From: Schizochytrium sp. TIO01
Lineage: Eukaryota > Protista > Bigyra: Labyrinthulomycetes
Reading direction: 5' to 3'
Length of the DNA stretch: 64,000 nucleotides
Assembly (NCBI GenBank): GCA_004764695.1
Contig: SMSO01000032.1
Location: forward strand, 310,001 to 374,000
Numbering within the stretch: the stretch's first letter is position 1; every line of letters starts with the position of its first letter. Both the position numbers and the translations under genes were made by a program. This document shows, piece after piece, positions 24,801-36,962 of this stretch. The notes under the pieces were generated by a model. It worked only from the letters and a program-made list of their open reading frames with translations. It did not search any database and was not told the origin of the DNA.

Positions 24801-27800
24801 AATTTAGTGGAGAATCTCGCATTATAGCTTCGGAATGCTGCAAATGTCCCCTCTCGAAATTGAAGTTTCGTTGGGTGATGGTACTGCCCAGGTGCATCAA
24901 TATATTTCGCTAATAAAAATGTTACTCTATACAAAGAATGAAAATGTTAAGCTATAAGTAGGACTGTGAGTAAGTTCAAAGTGGCCCCAGGATTCAGGCT
25001 GGGTAGCATTCGTCGATGGAGTTTACTTGTTATAAAAACCACTAGAATCAAACATTTGCAATAGAAAGTTAATGTTAGTGCTGCAGAGAAAATTCGGACA
25101 AGGTTCCAAATATTCAGTTGCACATTATATAACTATGAAGTTCAAGCGTATTGCTGTGTCAAGTTGTTCACTCTTAAACCACCCGGGAAACGCGCTGGTG
25201 TCATCCTACGACACACATCGTCACCAACACTACCCTGTCGTATTCATTTGATTTAGTTTTAACTAGCGTTTTAATGTTTTCTCTTTGAATACTTATTCGA
25301 ATTCTAAAGGAAAGGTTTCTCGCTGCCAAGTGAGTTGGCTGTCTGTGTGGAAGAGACGGTTGAAGTGTATTAATGGAGGGCGTTGGGCCAAGGTTAACAC
25401 TGTTCCATTCTAAGGCTTATCAAATCCACTTAAACGCTCTAAATCCTAAACTCAGATAGAATATGCTCAGGTCGTGAACATTTGCCCCTATTTTTGCGCC
25501 TCATCATGGCCCAATGCAATTGCCGAACTCTTATGTTAAGTTTCTCCACAGCAGCAATCGAATGTTAAGCTTCGCTGATTTAGTTCTTCGCTTGAATTGC
25601 CCACTTTTCGAACTACTAGTTCTACACCGCCAGAGCTTCACCGCACATGCAGGCAGGCAGGCAGACAGGCAGGCAAGCAGGCACAACGAAAATGCAAAAC
25701 AGCACCTAGACTCGGGTTGACAAAGCTGGCTCGGAAACTAGCCAACTAGCAAGCTATCCAACCCGCAAGCACGCACGTAAGCAGGCAAGAAAGCAAGCAA
25801 CTGGAGCTAACGTCTAATCTCTCCAGGGACCTTGCTCTTTCAGCCGGGTCGTTCTGTGCACGATCTGTATCGCTCTTGCTTAGAGTCCGTCACATTGGTG
25901 TAATTCACCGCAGAAGACGACTTCCGAAGGACCGCGGACTCTCTCCCAGCCACTCATCTCCTGGGCGTTTTATTCTGCTTCTTAAGAACTCTTGGTCGGT
26001 CTCTCTTTGGCAACAAGGCCAGCCTGTCATTGATCGCCTTACTAAGCAGACTGCCAGCCAGGTTCTGCGCTGTTGCAATCGATCCGCCGCCTGGCATGTT
26101 AGTTGGTTTACGTGTACCTGCATTTCAAGTTATGTATTTATTTAAATAAAATAAATTTACAGAGTACTAGTTAGTCATTCACCTCCGTGTTTACTGCGTG
26201 AGGTGAATGCTTGAAGAGGACTGATGATGCGATTTAGACTGTACTGGCTGCTCTGTCTCTTTTATGCCGGGTAATGGCAGGTGGCTTAGCGGAGGGAGGG
26301 AGTGACTGCGAGCAGTGCCTCGTTGAGCTTCCATCGCCATCATTTCGCCTCACTTTCCGTCCACGTCCGCTGGGACTTAGAAATGCAGTTTGGGGGGAAA
26401 ATGTTAAAAATCAAAATGTCATACCTTTGCGCCTATTTTGGATGAGGCTTTGTCAAAGGAAAGAAACATGAAGTAATTCTATATAAAGAGGAGGAGTTCA
26501 TGTTTTCCTTTACTCACCTACGTTGGTCTGTGTTGCATGCTGAGCTGACGTAGTGGTATGGTATCATCAAAAACATTGAATCAATCAATCAATAATTAAA
26601 GCAGGTCCTGCTTTATCGAAGTAAAACAGAACCACTATCATCGAGTGTTTACAACTATTGCACCGTGGGCCTCTGGAGCTTCTGTGGTAATTAAAATTTC
26701 GAAAGTAACTTTGGTTTTCTTTAATCATGGTGTCGATACTTTACTATTCTTTATTATACATATAGTTTGAAATTACTTACAATTAAAAAAAAAAATCGAT
26801 ATATTTATTTTCATGGGGCTTCTTAGTTCGATTTAATAGAACGAAAGTAAATAGTTTATCCCTGCTTAAACAAAAAAACTAAATAAACATTTTAATACGT
26901 AATTATGTTATCGTCGTGGTTAGAAATTTACTCATAGTAGGAAAGAGAAATAATGAAGTATGAACATAAAAATGAAAAAAAAATCTATTTCATTTTTTAT
27001 ATAAGGAATACCTAGCCCTGAAGTAAACACTAGGGTGATATCTTTTAGAATATTAAGCAATGCATTAAGCACCCACTCAATACGTAAGCCTTTTGCAGGA
27101 GGCTACTCCCGGTGGTGATCGAATCTACTAAGCGTGCTCGGTTTCAAAGATCACAGGTTTATTGGCGAGATGCTCGCACTCTTTTGCATTTGCAAGTGCT
27201 TGGTTATCAGGATAAAGATGTCTCGTAAGCTGTTTCAGTCTTGAAGTTAGAGATTGATCCTATTTCATGTACCATGGATGAACCTCAAGCGTGATTACTA
27301 CATGGAAACTTTCAAGCTCAGGGAAGTTGAGCTGTTCTCGCATGACCATGCCGTTTATATGGCAGGGCCTACTGGTGGACACCAAAGTTATCCGCATAGG
27401 AGATGATTGCCTGTTCCAGATGTCCATGTTAATAATCTCAGCCACCACAACTTAAGAAAGTCCTAATACCAATACTGTCTTTTACAAAATGTCACTTAAT
27501 TGGATGATAGCGAGACTGGTTCTAGCACCATCTTAACAAGAGTTTAGATGTATGTATAGATTACCTTGTCAGCCATTTGATGATATGAATAGGTGAACTA
27601 GCTTCTCACAGCAATCACTCACGGGATGAAGCCAGGCGGACCATTTCCCCGGGGCAAATCAAACAGTGTGTTATTTCGCTATCCTTATATTAAGAAATGA
27701 AAATTTCATCTAAAAACTCCAAAGACCTAAACTACACAGCCAGCATACCCACCATTTAAGAATTATTATCACAACACCAAAACATCCTTTCTTAGAGCAA

Positions 27801-29180
27801 TATAGTGGCTCTGAAATGAAAGAACTACAAAAAAGATATAAGAAAAGGAGCCTGGAGTTCGTGAAGCTGTTCTTAGAGAGCAAGCAAAAGCAGAGACGCT
27901 TTTATGTTGTTCGCGTGTTAAGCTGGCGTGACTTTAATACGAGCTCTTCTACTCGCGCTAGGCATAGTCACTTTTCTTGGTGAAGAATCATATGATATTA
28001 GGTCTCCGACAACTTGCGTGCACCTGTCAGGCTGGGTCAATACTCAAATAAGGATTTGGGTCCAACAATAAAGAGGACTTCAATTTTAGTTGGAGACACT
28101 GATCATGGAAACAACGACCATATCATTCATACTGTAGATGAAAGCCATATACGGAAGTCGACCCGAACGAGTCGGAGGTTTCTTGAGCGTGTCCCCGCTC
28201 TGCAAGTTGGGTCGGCTCACTGCAATGTATCAATCAAAAATTTCCTTTAAAAATTGGGTATGTGTATCACTCATTTAGATCTAAAGTGCAACCAACCATA
28301 GTAAAAGGTGCATTTAAAACTTTACCAACTTGCATCCTCTTGAAATAGTTTTTTTGTTTTCGTTTTTTTGGTGAGGAGGGGGAGGGAGTATAGATAAGCT
28401 ATTGATATGGAATATCCCTAACATTTGCTGAAGTCAAGCTCCAGGGAAAGCATATGAATTGCTTACAGACTCTTATCCAAATGCCCGAATGTAAAAACGA
28501 ATGATATAAATGACAACTCCATACATGCTTAGTCTACACAGTTTAGCTTGCGATAACATTCCGTTCCACAGAACTTGAATGAATTCAATGTTCTTGTCTC
28601 ACAAACAATATATAAATATATATAAAGATAGTAATGTAGCATTCTAAAAAAATAGATACCGGTGTATTCTGGAACTCTGCTACGCTGTCTGAAAGCGAGC
28701 CAGGCAGTTACAGAACGAAAATTCTATCAATAACATTGGAACATGATTTAATTCTTTACACAATTGTTGATCAATTGGATTACCTTATCCCTACATCATG
28801 ATCCATCTTAGCAGATTTACTTAAACTTGATTAGCGTATCATGGTAGAGTAGACAAATGACGAAATACCCCCCTCGATGATATATTAAAACATAGATAGA
28901 TCATCAGATAATAGTTCACAGAGGCCTAATTTTAGTACACTGAAGGTGATTTTGAAAAAGAACGAATATTAAAGCACACAACGGATGAGTTTTGGATTTA
29001 TGTTTACTAGAATGTCGTATATTTGTTTAAGCCGGTACTCCCAAGTGAATATTTTTCATACGTTTATTTATTTTACTAGAACATAGAACGGATACACTAA
29101 ATCAAAGATTGCCTGGCTTGTATGGAACATTTTTTGTCATTTTGATCCGGCCCTATGCTCACAATAAATCCTACGGTATA

Positions 29181-29561
29181 TCAAAATCGCTTTCGGATCA
29201 CTTCTTTCATAAGTATTGTAACCTCTCGTTGATATGCTAATGTTGTTATTCTAAAATATCTGAATCTTTGTAAAGTATATTGGGGAAGGCCTTTGGACAC
29301 GAATACTGTACTGTATATGGCTATGCAGCAGTCCGTCTGTACGCAAAGACGAAGAATCAGTTTGTAGAACTGGGGAAAAAATTCATGTTCTGGAATCCGG
29401 AAATAGTAAAGTAAACAAGCTTCTTTTTGAACATGGTACTGAATAAGACCAAAAGAAGGACCGCGAAGTGCGTTGCTTGTGTAACCTATTTCCCAGAGTA
29501 TTTGCTTCACCATGTATTCCAGAAATGCATTTTGGTATTTTCTGTTCATGAGTACAATCAT
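29181..29561 (-). CDS. hypothetical protein, 126 aa
   Basis: ATG-initiated ORF that is long for this AT-rich context and not repeat-derived. No motif recognised. Confidence 0.2.
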   Translation of the reverse strand: MIVLMNRKYQNAFLEYMVKQILWEIGYTSNALRGPSFGLIQYHVQKEACLLYYFRIPEHEFFPQFYKLILRLCVQTDCCIAIYSTVFVSKGLPQYTLQRFRYFRITTLAYQREVTILMKEVIRKRF

Positions 29562-32500
29562 CTTGGTCTTACTTACTCTTGATACATGGACGCATAATTT
29601 AAACTACTGCGCAAAGAATAACAACAGAAAAGGTTTGGACATGGCGCACTTTTGATTGGTCTACCTCGATTAGCAAACGAGATATAGTTTAATCAGGCCA
29701 AATTAAATAGTAATTACTAGAAAATCAGATATATATAAACCATTAAAAAAAATAATTAAAATAATTAAATATGTTTTAGTATTCTTGTTGTAGAACGCTT
29801 CCTTCGACCTTCATGTCGATTATTTTTGTTAATTAAAATTAAACTTTTAGGTGATTGGAAAGACCTCTTCAGGAACTTATAGATTTTCCGTACAATTGAA
29901 CTATAGTTTCCCTTTTCAAATATTCATAAATAACTTTAAAACTATATTTAATTGAATTGGAAAAGTTTTTTTTTTTTTAGTTTTTTTAAACACATGTTTT
30001 TAGAAAGAAAAAAGCTCTTTCTAAAAAGTTAAAGAGTGACAGAAGTAGCAGCATCCCGTGCAAGGTGGAAAGAGATCAGTAAAAGTGTGTTTAAAGACGA
30101 AATAACAGGCTGTAAAGATGGTCGTACGCCATGTTTTGGAGTAGAGGTGTCCACGGCTGGAGCACATATCGATCGTGTCAAGTCAAGTGCAGGGGACGAA
30201 AGCTTTGGAATAGCAACGAACGCTGGACGGTCACGCTTTATTAGGAAATCCACCTGGTGTTGTGCTTCGAAAAGAAAATTATATTGAAGAAATCCTGCGT
30301 GCTAATAGTTCCCAATATATACATTTGTTATTCTAAAGTTAAAAGAAGGAAACGTTTTGAAGAAGGGGACTCTGAAGGGGTAATTAGGCTATGTATGATC
30401 TCTCGATGGTAGATTTCATGTTGAAGAGATGTTTAGACAAAAAATTCGCAACCCTCACTTCAAAGTCATTCTCAAATTGAAGCTGCTGCCTAGAATTAGA
30501 AGAATATTTCTTATTGAAGAATACCAATGCAATAAACTGCCTGCAAAGAAGTCAATGCTTCGGAAAGCCAACATGGGTTTGGCCACAAACTCTGGAATGC
30601 TAGGAACAAGTTTTCAAATATTTAGTGTTTAATTAGAAGAGAGAGAGAAAAGAATAAGTATATACATAGATTGCTCAATAGGGCATACCCTTTTTACTTA
30701 TAACAAATAAAAACTAAAGGCATATGTTTAGAATATTCGAAAGTTTAAAGCTCTATATATTCTTGTGCGACTGTCCACTTCTTGGAAGACAGTTTTGCTA
30801 AAACCTTATTTGAACTTAGAGAAGGCTGCTCGGTGCAGGGAGAATAAAAACTCTATTCATGGAAACCAAGGTGTCAACTAAATGTAGCTACGCAGCATCC
30901 GGAATTATTGTAAATTGGTGTTGCGCATTGCTCATGGCACGGTTCATAAATTTTTGAAGATTGCACTTAAGTGTTTTTATGCATTACCTGATAAGAGACT
31001 ACTTTTTATTGTAGGTCCGCTAAAAATAATCGAATGATAATAATTTTTAGTATGTTCCTAGCCCTTCATAATAGCACATTAACCACAGCCTGTACCTGGG
31101 AACGCGCGTGTACACTTAAACAATTCCATATTGTTTGATAATATCATTGAAACTTGAATTTGAAAAGATAAGAAAATGAATAATATAGTATGTCTTGATA
31201 ATGAGAAAATAGCAAATCATTTTTTCAAGATTGATTTGAAGTGAATTATATTGAGAGTAGAAGAGTGGGTTAACTTCGGGGGCTTTTCAACACACATGCG
31301 CGCAGATGCTATGGTGAGTTTGCCATATATAATTTGACTTGATTGAGACTAGACCTAAAAAAACAATAAGCACTATCACACGAACTCATCTCTGTTTGGT
31401 TTCCTGCACCTGAAAACTGTGAATATGCTATTCCAGGATACCAATAATGACGTTTTCCTGCTTTGCGCCTGATATTCCATTCATATGAGCATTTTCACGC
31501 TCTTACTCGCCCAGTATAAGTTTATATAGTAAGTAACATTTAAACCGATTCCAGAAACCAACCTTCATTTGATAAGAGCTCTTATTTATGATTTTCTTTT
31601 TGATTTTTTATGCTCTCTTTCTCGACAGAAGGTATCTATTCTTAAACGGTTAATACAGTCTCGTTTGAAGATGCTGATTATTTTAATCTCTGGATAAATC
31701 TTGTTCTTGAGGCGTTCTTCACTCACAGCAGCTCTGTCTTAATGACAGAGCGTTTAATAGAATGCTTACGATTACTTACGTTTCGCCGCAGCAACTGTCA
31801 ATTGAGAAGCAGGGATGTTGTTTTTCACGTAGTGGTGTGAATTTCTCAAAAACTCCAGGCTTCATTTATGCTTTCATTGAGGATAATCACTAATCCTATA
31901 GTAATAATTGCAGACTACCACCTGAATATAACAGTAAAATATATATTAGATGAAGCCAAGCAGAGAGACCGAAAGGGTTGAATTGGACTGAGTCATTGAC
32001 TGTGAGGCCGATATAACAGGCAGGAAAAGGAAAGCTAGAACTATTCCGGACTCACATGATTTGACTAGCATGTTATTTTTGATATGCTGGTATATTTTAT
32101 TATTTATTTTAATAATTAAATTGTGGAGAGCTTGTTCATAAAGAAGAGGCGTCAATTCCTTCCATTTAGCACAGAGCGCCTCCCCGCTTGTTGTCTTCAT
32201 TCGCGTCTTCCCTCTTTCGATTAGCGTCCCACCTTTTCTTTTCTTCCTTCTTTTCACTGCCGCAGAGTTTCTATAAAGAAATATAATATTTCTTTATATC
32301 TTCTTAGGAAAAAATGTTATTTCGATTTATCAATAACAATATGTGATATTGTGAATTCTTAAATTTTAGAGAAGGAAAATAGCCAGATCATAAAGTAAAT
32401 TTTAAAAAATTAAAGAAAGGAAGGAAAAAGCAAAACAATTCGTGGTAGAATATTTTATTTAATGACTTCCTTTTAGGAAGCAGATTAGAAAAAGGTTAGA

Positions 32501-34442
32501 AAAAAAAAGTCTAACTTTGATACTATGGTAGTGTCCCCTCTTCCTTTTCTGCTCTTGAATATTTTAAATTGTTTTTAATTTTTGTAAGGAGGTTTTATTT
32601 TTATTTTGAATTAACTGCGAAGTCAGGCTTTGTGATTACTTGTTGTAGAAACTGATTTCCTATCAAAGACTGAAAACCCAATGAAAGTTGGCTTTTCATG
32701 ACAGAGATATAGTCCTTTACTGGAAAGACCGGGATAGAGATATAAAACAGGTTTTCTATTCCATCCAGAATGCTACATCTTCTGGGTACGTCTGTGAAAG
32801 ACGCATGCAGATGAAATTAACATTGTGTCGATGCCCGACAAAATTAATCGAAATGAAATATAATATTCATACAAATAAGTTTCGAATGCTGCTATAACTG
32901 TCTCGAAGACTTAGGGTTTCTACGCAGATTGAATTACATGGCTGCGAATTATCTAATGTATCAGGTAGAACTAAAGAGATCATCTACCTCTCTATATTTC
33001 TCTTAACAAAATATAAACTTCTTCGTAGCAAAGGTGGCTTATTCATGAATTGATAGCTTACCCTAATACATGTTGTTTGTCCGGTTTCAGCGGCTCAAAA
33101 AATTTAAGCCAATCTGTTCAGCCTGATACCGGCTAACGCAACTTGAAAAGTCTACACCAGTCTTGATTATAAAAGCTTCTGTTTACATTGTGACGTATTC
33201 TGGATATGGTATCCTTTATAGTCCTTTTATATAAGACACTGGTCAGGAGAGGAGAATTATGGAGTTGCCTAAATCCACTTAACAAATCAAGTGGACCCAG
33301 GAGACTAGAATCAAAAGAGTGGACCCGTACGTGTTGGAAACGGTTAATAATGGGCAAAAACCTTTAATCATAAAATTGATGACCTCTCTCATTGTGTTAT
33401 GCATTAGCATATGAATTATAATATAAAGTGAATCATTTATATTGTAGTGCTACGATCAGAAGTCCTCACCTTTCTCGATTATCATCCTAAATTTGCACCA
33501 TAGTTTTAATTTCTGTTTTTGTAGTCAAGAGGGGGTTGCTCAAGGTTTAGACAGAGTGACCAATTGACGTTACAACCACTCTCTAAATCCTCAATTTTCC
33601 AAGCTGAGAATATATACCGTCTCGAGTCGTGGGTTATCTCTAGATAGTCTTCCTGGCATTCTGAGGGTATGTCCTTGATAAAGATAACACTAGCAAAGCA
33701 TCTATTATTTACTTATTATTTTCCGCCTAGCCTGTCGTTAGGATAAACCACAACTGTCGTAACATCAAACAAAAATTGTTGAGTGTGAGTGAGTGGCGTT
33801 GATTACCTCCAGGAATGGAAATCATAACTAGAAGTCTAGAGCAAATTTGCTACTGCCAAGATGTAAACTATGGGCTCATTTCTTTGTAAATTTTAAGAGC
33901 AAGTTTGAAAGGGATATGTAATCGCTGGCTCTGCATGGTTTGTTTCGCAGTGGCAGAAACACATAGCACTCTCTCGTGTTGCTCTGGCTCTGCTTAAGTA
34001 TTTATCAGTCCGTCAACAAGTTCATCATCGAGAGAACAATTTTTTAATGAATTAAATTAAATTAATATATATAATGTAAGATTGAATCTTTTTCAAATTT
34101 TGGAAAAGAAAGAGAAAAAAAAATGTTTTTCACTGAAGAAACTGGTAAAGTATATCTTCATACGAAAATATTCCATCGACTGAACTAGAAGAGATATGGA
34201 AGAGAAGGCTCCACTGTAACTTTATCAAAAGAAGCAGAAAGTGAGCAGTTGTTGTTATTTCCCCAAGCTAGCTTCTTTCCGAAAGCACTGCGGAAGTGTG
34301 AAAGTGTACGTTTTTGTGTTGACCATCACACAGGCATTCCACGTCCTCGCACTGCCACGAGCTGTCTTTCTTCGTTCCTTTCGCCTATCCTTCAAAGGCT
34401 TGCGACTCTCTGCGTATGTAGAGAGGACTTTGTAAACTTTCA

Positions 34443-35024
34443 ATGAGTGGATGGAATCGCTTGCGATTAGACCCGCCCCTCCCACTTCAGTGGGTCAGTG
34501 ATAGGCCGTCTCTCACAATTTGTGTGGAGGCTGAATGGCACGAAGACAATGAGTTTTGTTGCGAAAGAGAGATTCCGATTCGTAAGGTGTACTCCTACCT
34601 GCCTACCTACGAAAAAGCCTATGCGGTAAAAGTAGCAGTGGTAACTAGCTGGCTAGTACTTGTTGAAGGGGCCCAAAGCTCTCCTCGAGACCAGGCTCCC
34701 CTGCCCGTATGCCCTCGCGAGGGCCACTCGTCTGCATTTGGACACGCGGTTTATACTTTCATGGTCTCCGTTATGGGTTGTGTGATCCCTGTTAACCAAT
34801 CCTCTCCAGGCATCGCACGGCACGAGTTCAAGCTTGACTCAAACTTAGACTTTCTTTTATCGGGACCACACTGTCTTCTGGTCATCATCCAGTTAGGCCT
34901 TCCTTTTACTTCATTCGCTTTCTGTTGTATAGGCGGTGATTGCATAGAGAGCGCTTCAGCTTTAAATAAAAAGTCGAAAAAGGCAGCGTGCCCTTTTACT
35001 TTGAAGTTGGCAGAGATTTCATAG
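34443..35024 (+). CDS. hypothetical protein, 193 aa
   Basis: Longest non-repeat ORF in the gene desert. It has no domain and crosses a CCTA low-complexity patch, so it may be spurious. Confidence 0.15.
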   Translation: MSGWNRLRLDPPLPLQWVSDRPSLTICVEAEWHEDNEFCCEREIPIRKVYSYLPTYEKAYAVKVAVVTSWLVLVEGAQSSPRDQAPLPVCPREGHSSAFGHAVYTFMVSVMGCVIPVNQSSPGIARHEFKLDSNLDFLLSGPHCLLVIIQLGLPFTSFAFCCIGGDCIESASALNKKSKKAACPFTLKLAEIS

Positions 35025-35792
35025 ACATGGCATGAAATGGCATGAAATGGAATGCTTGCGTGTCCCGTGTGTCTCCACCGTTGTTGTTGCTGTTTGCCAT
35101 GTGTTTGTTTCTTGGTACTCTCTGGCCGTTGGCACTCACCGTGGCTGGAAAACGGCGCTGTGATTTGGTGGTCACAGAGGTACGTGGTACCTGCTTCGTT
35201 TTAAGCTTGAGTTCAAGGGGGGAAACTTTGCGAAACTCACCCTGCTCGCCTTCGCTTCGCGGGTATTGGTAGGACCCATCGGTTTCCCAAATGTGTTGCA
35301 CGCTTCGCGTTGTCTTTTATCGTGAAGTGAATCCAGCCTCGATTCCGGGGAACGAACTCACGAGGGAACAAGAGCACTGGAATCTAGTTGCATCGTAACA
35401 CAGAGCAGCGTGCATGAGCCACTCTATTGCCCTCCTATATAAATGTAGGTGTGTTTGAGTGAAAACGCCAACAAGCGCGAGCTCGCACTCGATACTCCTC
35501 AGGTGGGTACACGGAGCTTTTGATCTGAATTTCTGAGCACCAGTGAAGAAGATCAAGAACAAGACGCTGCGGATGACTCGTTTATGCACCGACAGAAAAG
35601 CAGCGCCCGCTTATAAGCGTCGTCGTTGATTTATAAACATGACTGATCGAAGAAACAGCAGAAGAAGATTTCTGCTCTGCAAATGATGATTGATATAAAG
35701 CGAAATATACGATCTGCGATGGTAGAATTAAAGATGTTCCGCAAACTGGCTGAGGACGTGCGCTCGTTCTTGCAAACGGCGTGATTCCGGAG

Positions 35793-35858
35793 AGCAAAGC
35801 AAAGTAAAGCAAAGCAAAGCAAAGCAAAGCAAAGCAAAGCAAAGCAAAGCAAAGCAAA
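35793..35858. repeat. (AGCAA)n pentanucleotide repeat, ~13 units
   Basis: Read directly. Confidence 0.96.
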
Positions 35859-36294
35859 ACTTCGTCGATCTGGGGACACTTGTGGAGCTCATCATATCTT
35901 TTGCATTTAGTTGGTATTTAGTTATTCGTTTGTTTATATTTATTTATTCGTAGTATTTAGAATGCAGGCTCGGGGCTGTTCTGTCGCAATTCTTACGAAA
36001 AGAAGGAAGTGGGCAGGGGCGACCTAAGTTGGTAGGTGGCCAGTGCCCACTTCGATAATTCGATAATTGACATTCAGAGCACATCATCAAGCTTTGCAAG
36101 AGTCTGCGCCTACGCAAAAGCAGCAGCAAAAGGGGCGATGCGAGGCGTGGGCATGGCTATCGCCTTTGAGGAAAGCTTGGAGAAACGAGGCTTGGGGCTT
36201 GAATAATTAATTATACAATCAATTGCTTATTTTCTTCCTTCCTTTCTTTTTGATCTTCTTTCTTTTCTGTTCTTCTTGTCGCCAAGAATCATGC

Positions 36295-36393
36295 GTACAT
36301 ACATATACATACATGGATTAATAAATAAATAAACAAATAAATAATTAATTAATTATTTACATCAATAAATCAATAATTAAATCAATCAATAAA
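36295..36393. repeat. compound tetranucleotide tract (TACA/TAAA/TAAT/TCAA)
   Basis: Read directly. Confidence 0.8.
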
Positions 36394-36900
36394 TGCAAGC
36401 TCGCAAACAACAAAGAAACAGTTTTCTTTCGAATATACAAAGAAACGTGGAATGGTGAGGACTGAAGTAAAGGCAGTATCGGCCTGTCGTATCCAGATCT
36501 GCACCTGACTGAGCGCACGTCCAGCTGAAAGAACTGGAAGAAACGTCGATCTCCTAAGGAGGAAGAAGCTGTCGCTCCATTCTTCGGGCTAAACCAAAAC
36601 CACGAAGGTATTACAATTTGATCATTCCATTACTCTGCCGCACTATACTCCTAGCTATACTTTTCTCTAGGGTTACAAGTCCTTTTTTATTGCTTCATTA
36701 CCAGTGAGTAGGCCAAGAGAAATAAGTCCTCACATAAATGAAGAGAAATGACTTTCCTTTCCAAGTTAGCGTGTCCGATATCGGCAAAGCTTCCGCGAAG
36801 AGATCCAGATCCAGCTTGTATATTTGTCTGTAGGTCTCAAGTCATGCGATCGATTGCGGTCGAAGTATCGCTAAACAGGAATACTGCAAATAAACAAAGA

Positions 36901-36962
36901 AACTAACTTACTAATTAACTTACTAACTAACTAACTAACTAACTTACAAACTTACTTACTAA
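36901..36962. repeat. (AACT)/(ACTT) compound microsatellite
   Basis: Read directly. Confidence 0.88.

Noticed and set aside
17500-34200. Alternative genetic code (TAA/TAG read as sense) to rescue the broken frames
   Set aside because: The fragments are broken by TGA and frameshifts as well as TAA/TAG, and the intact genes translate cleanly with the standard code.
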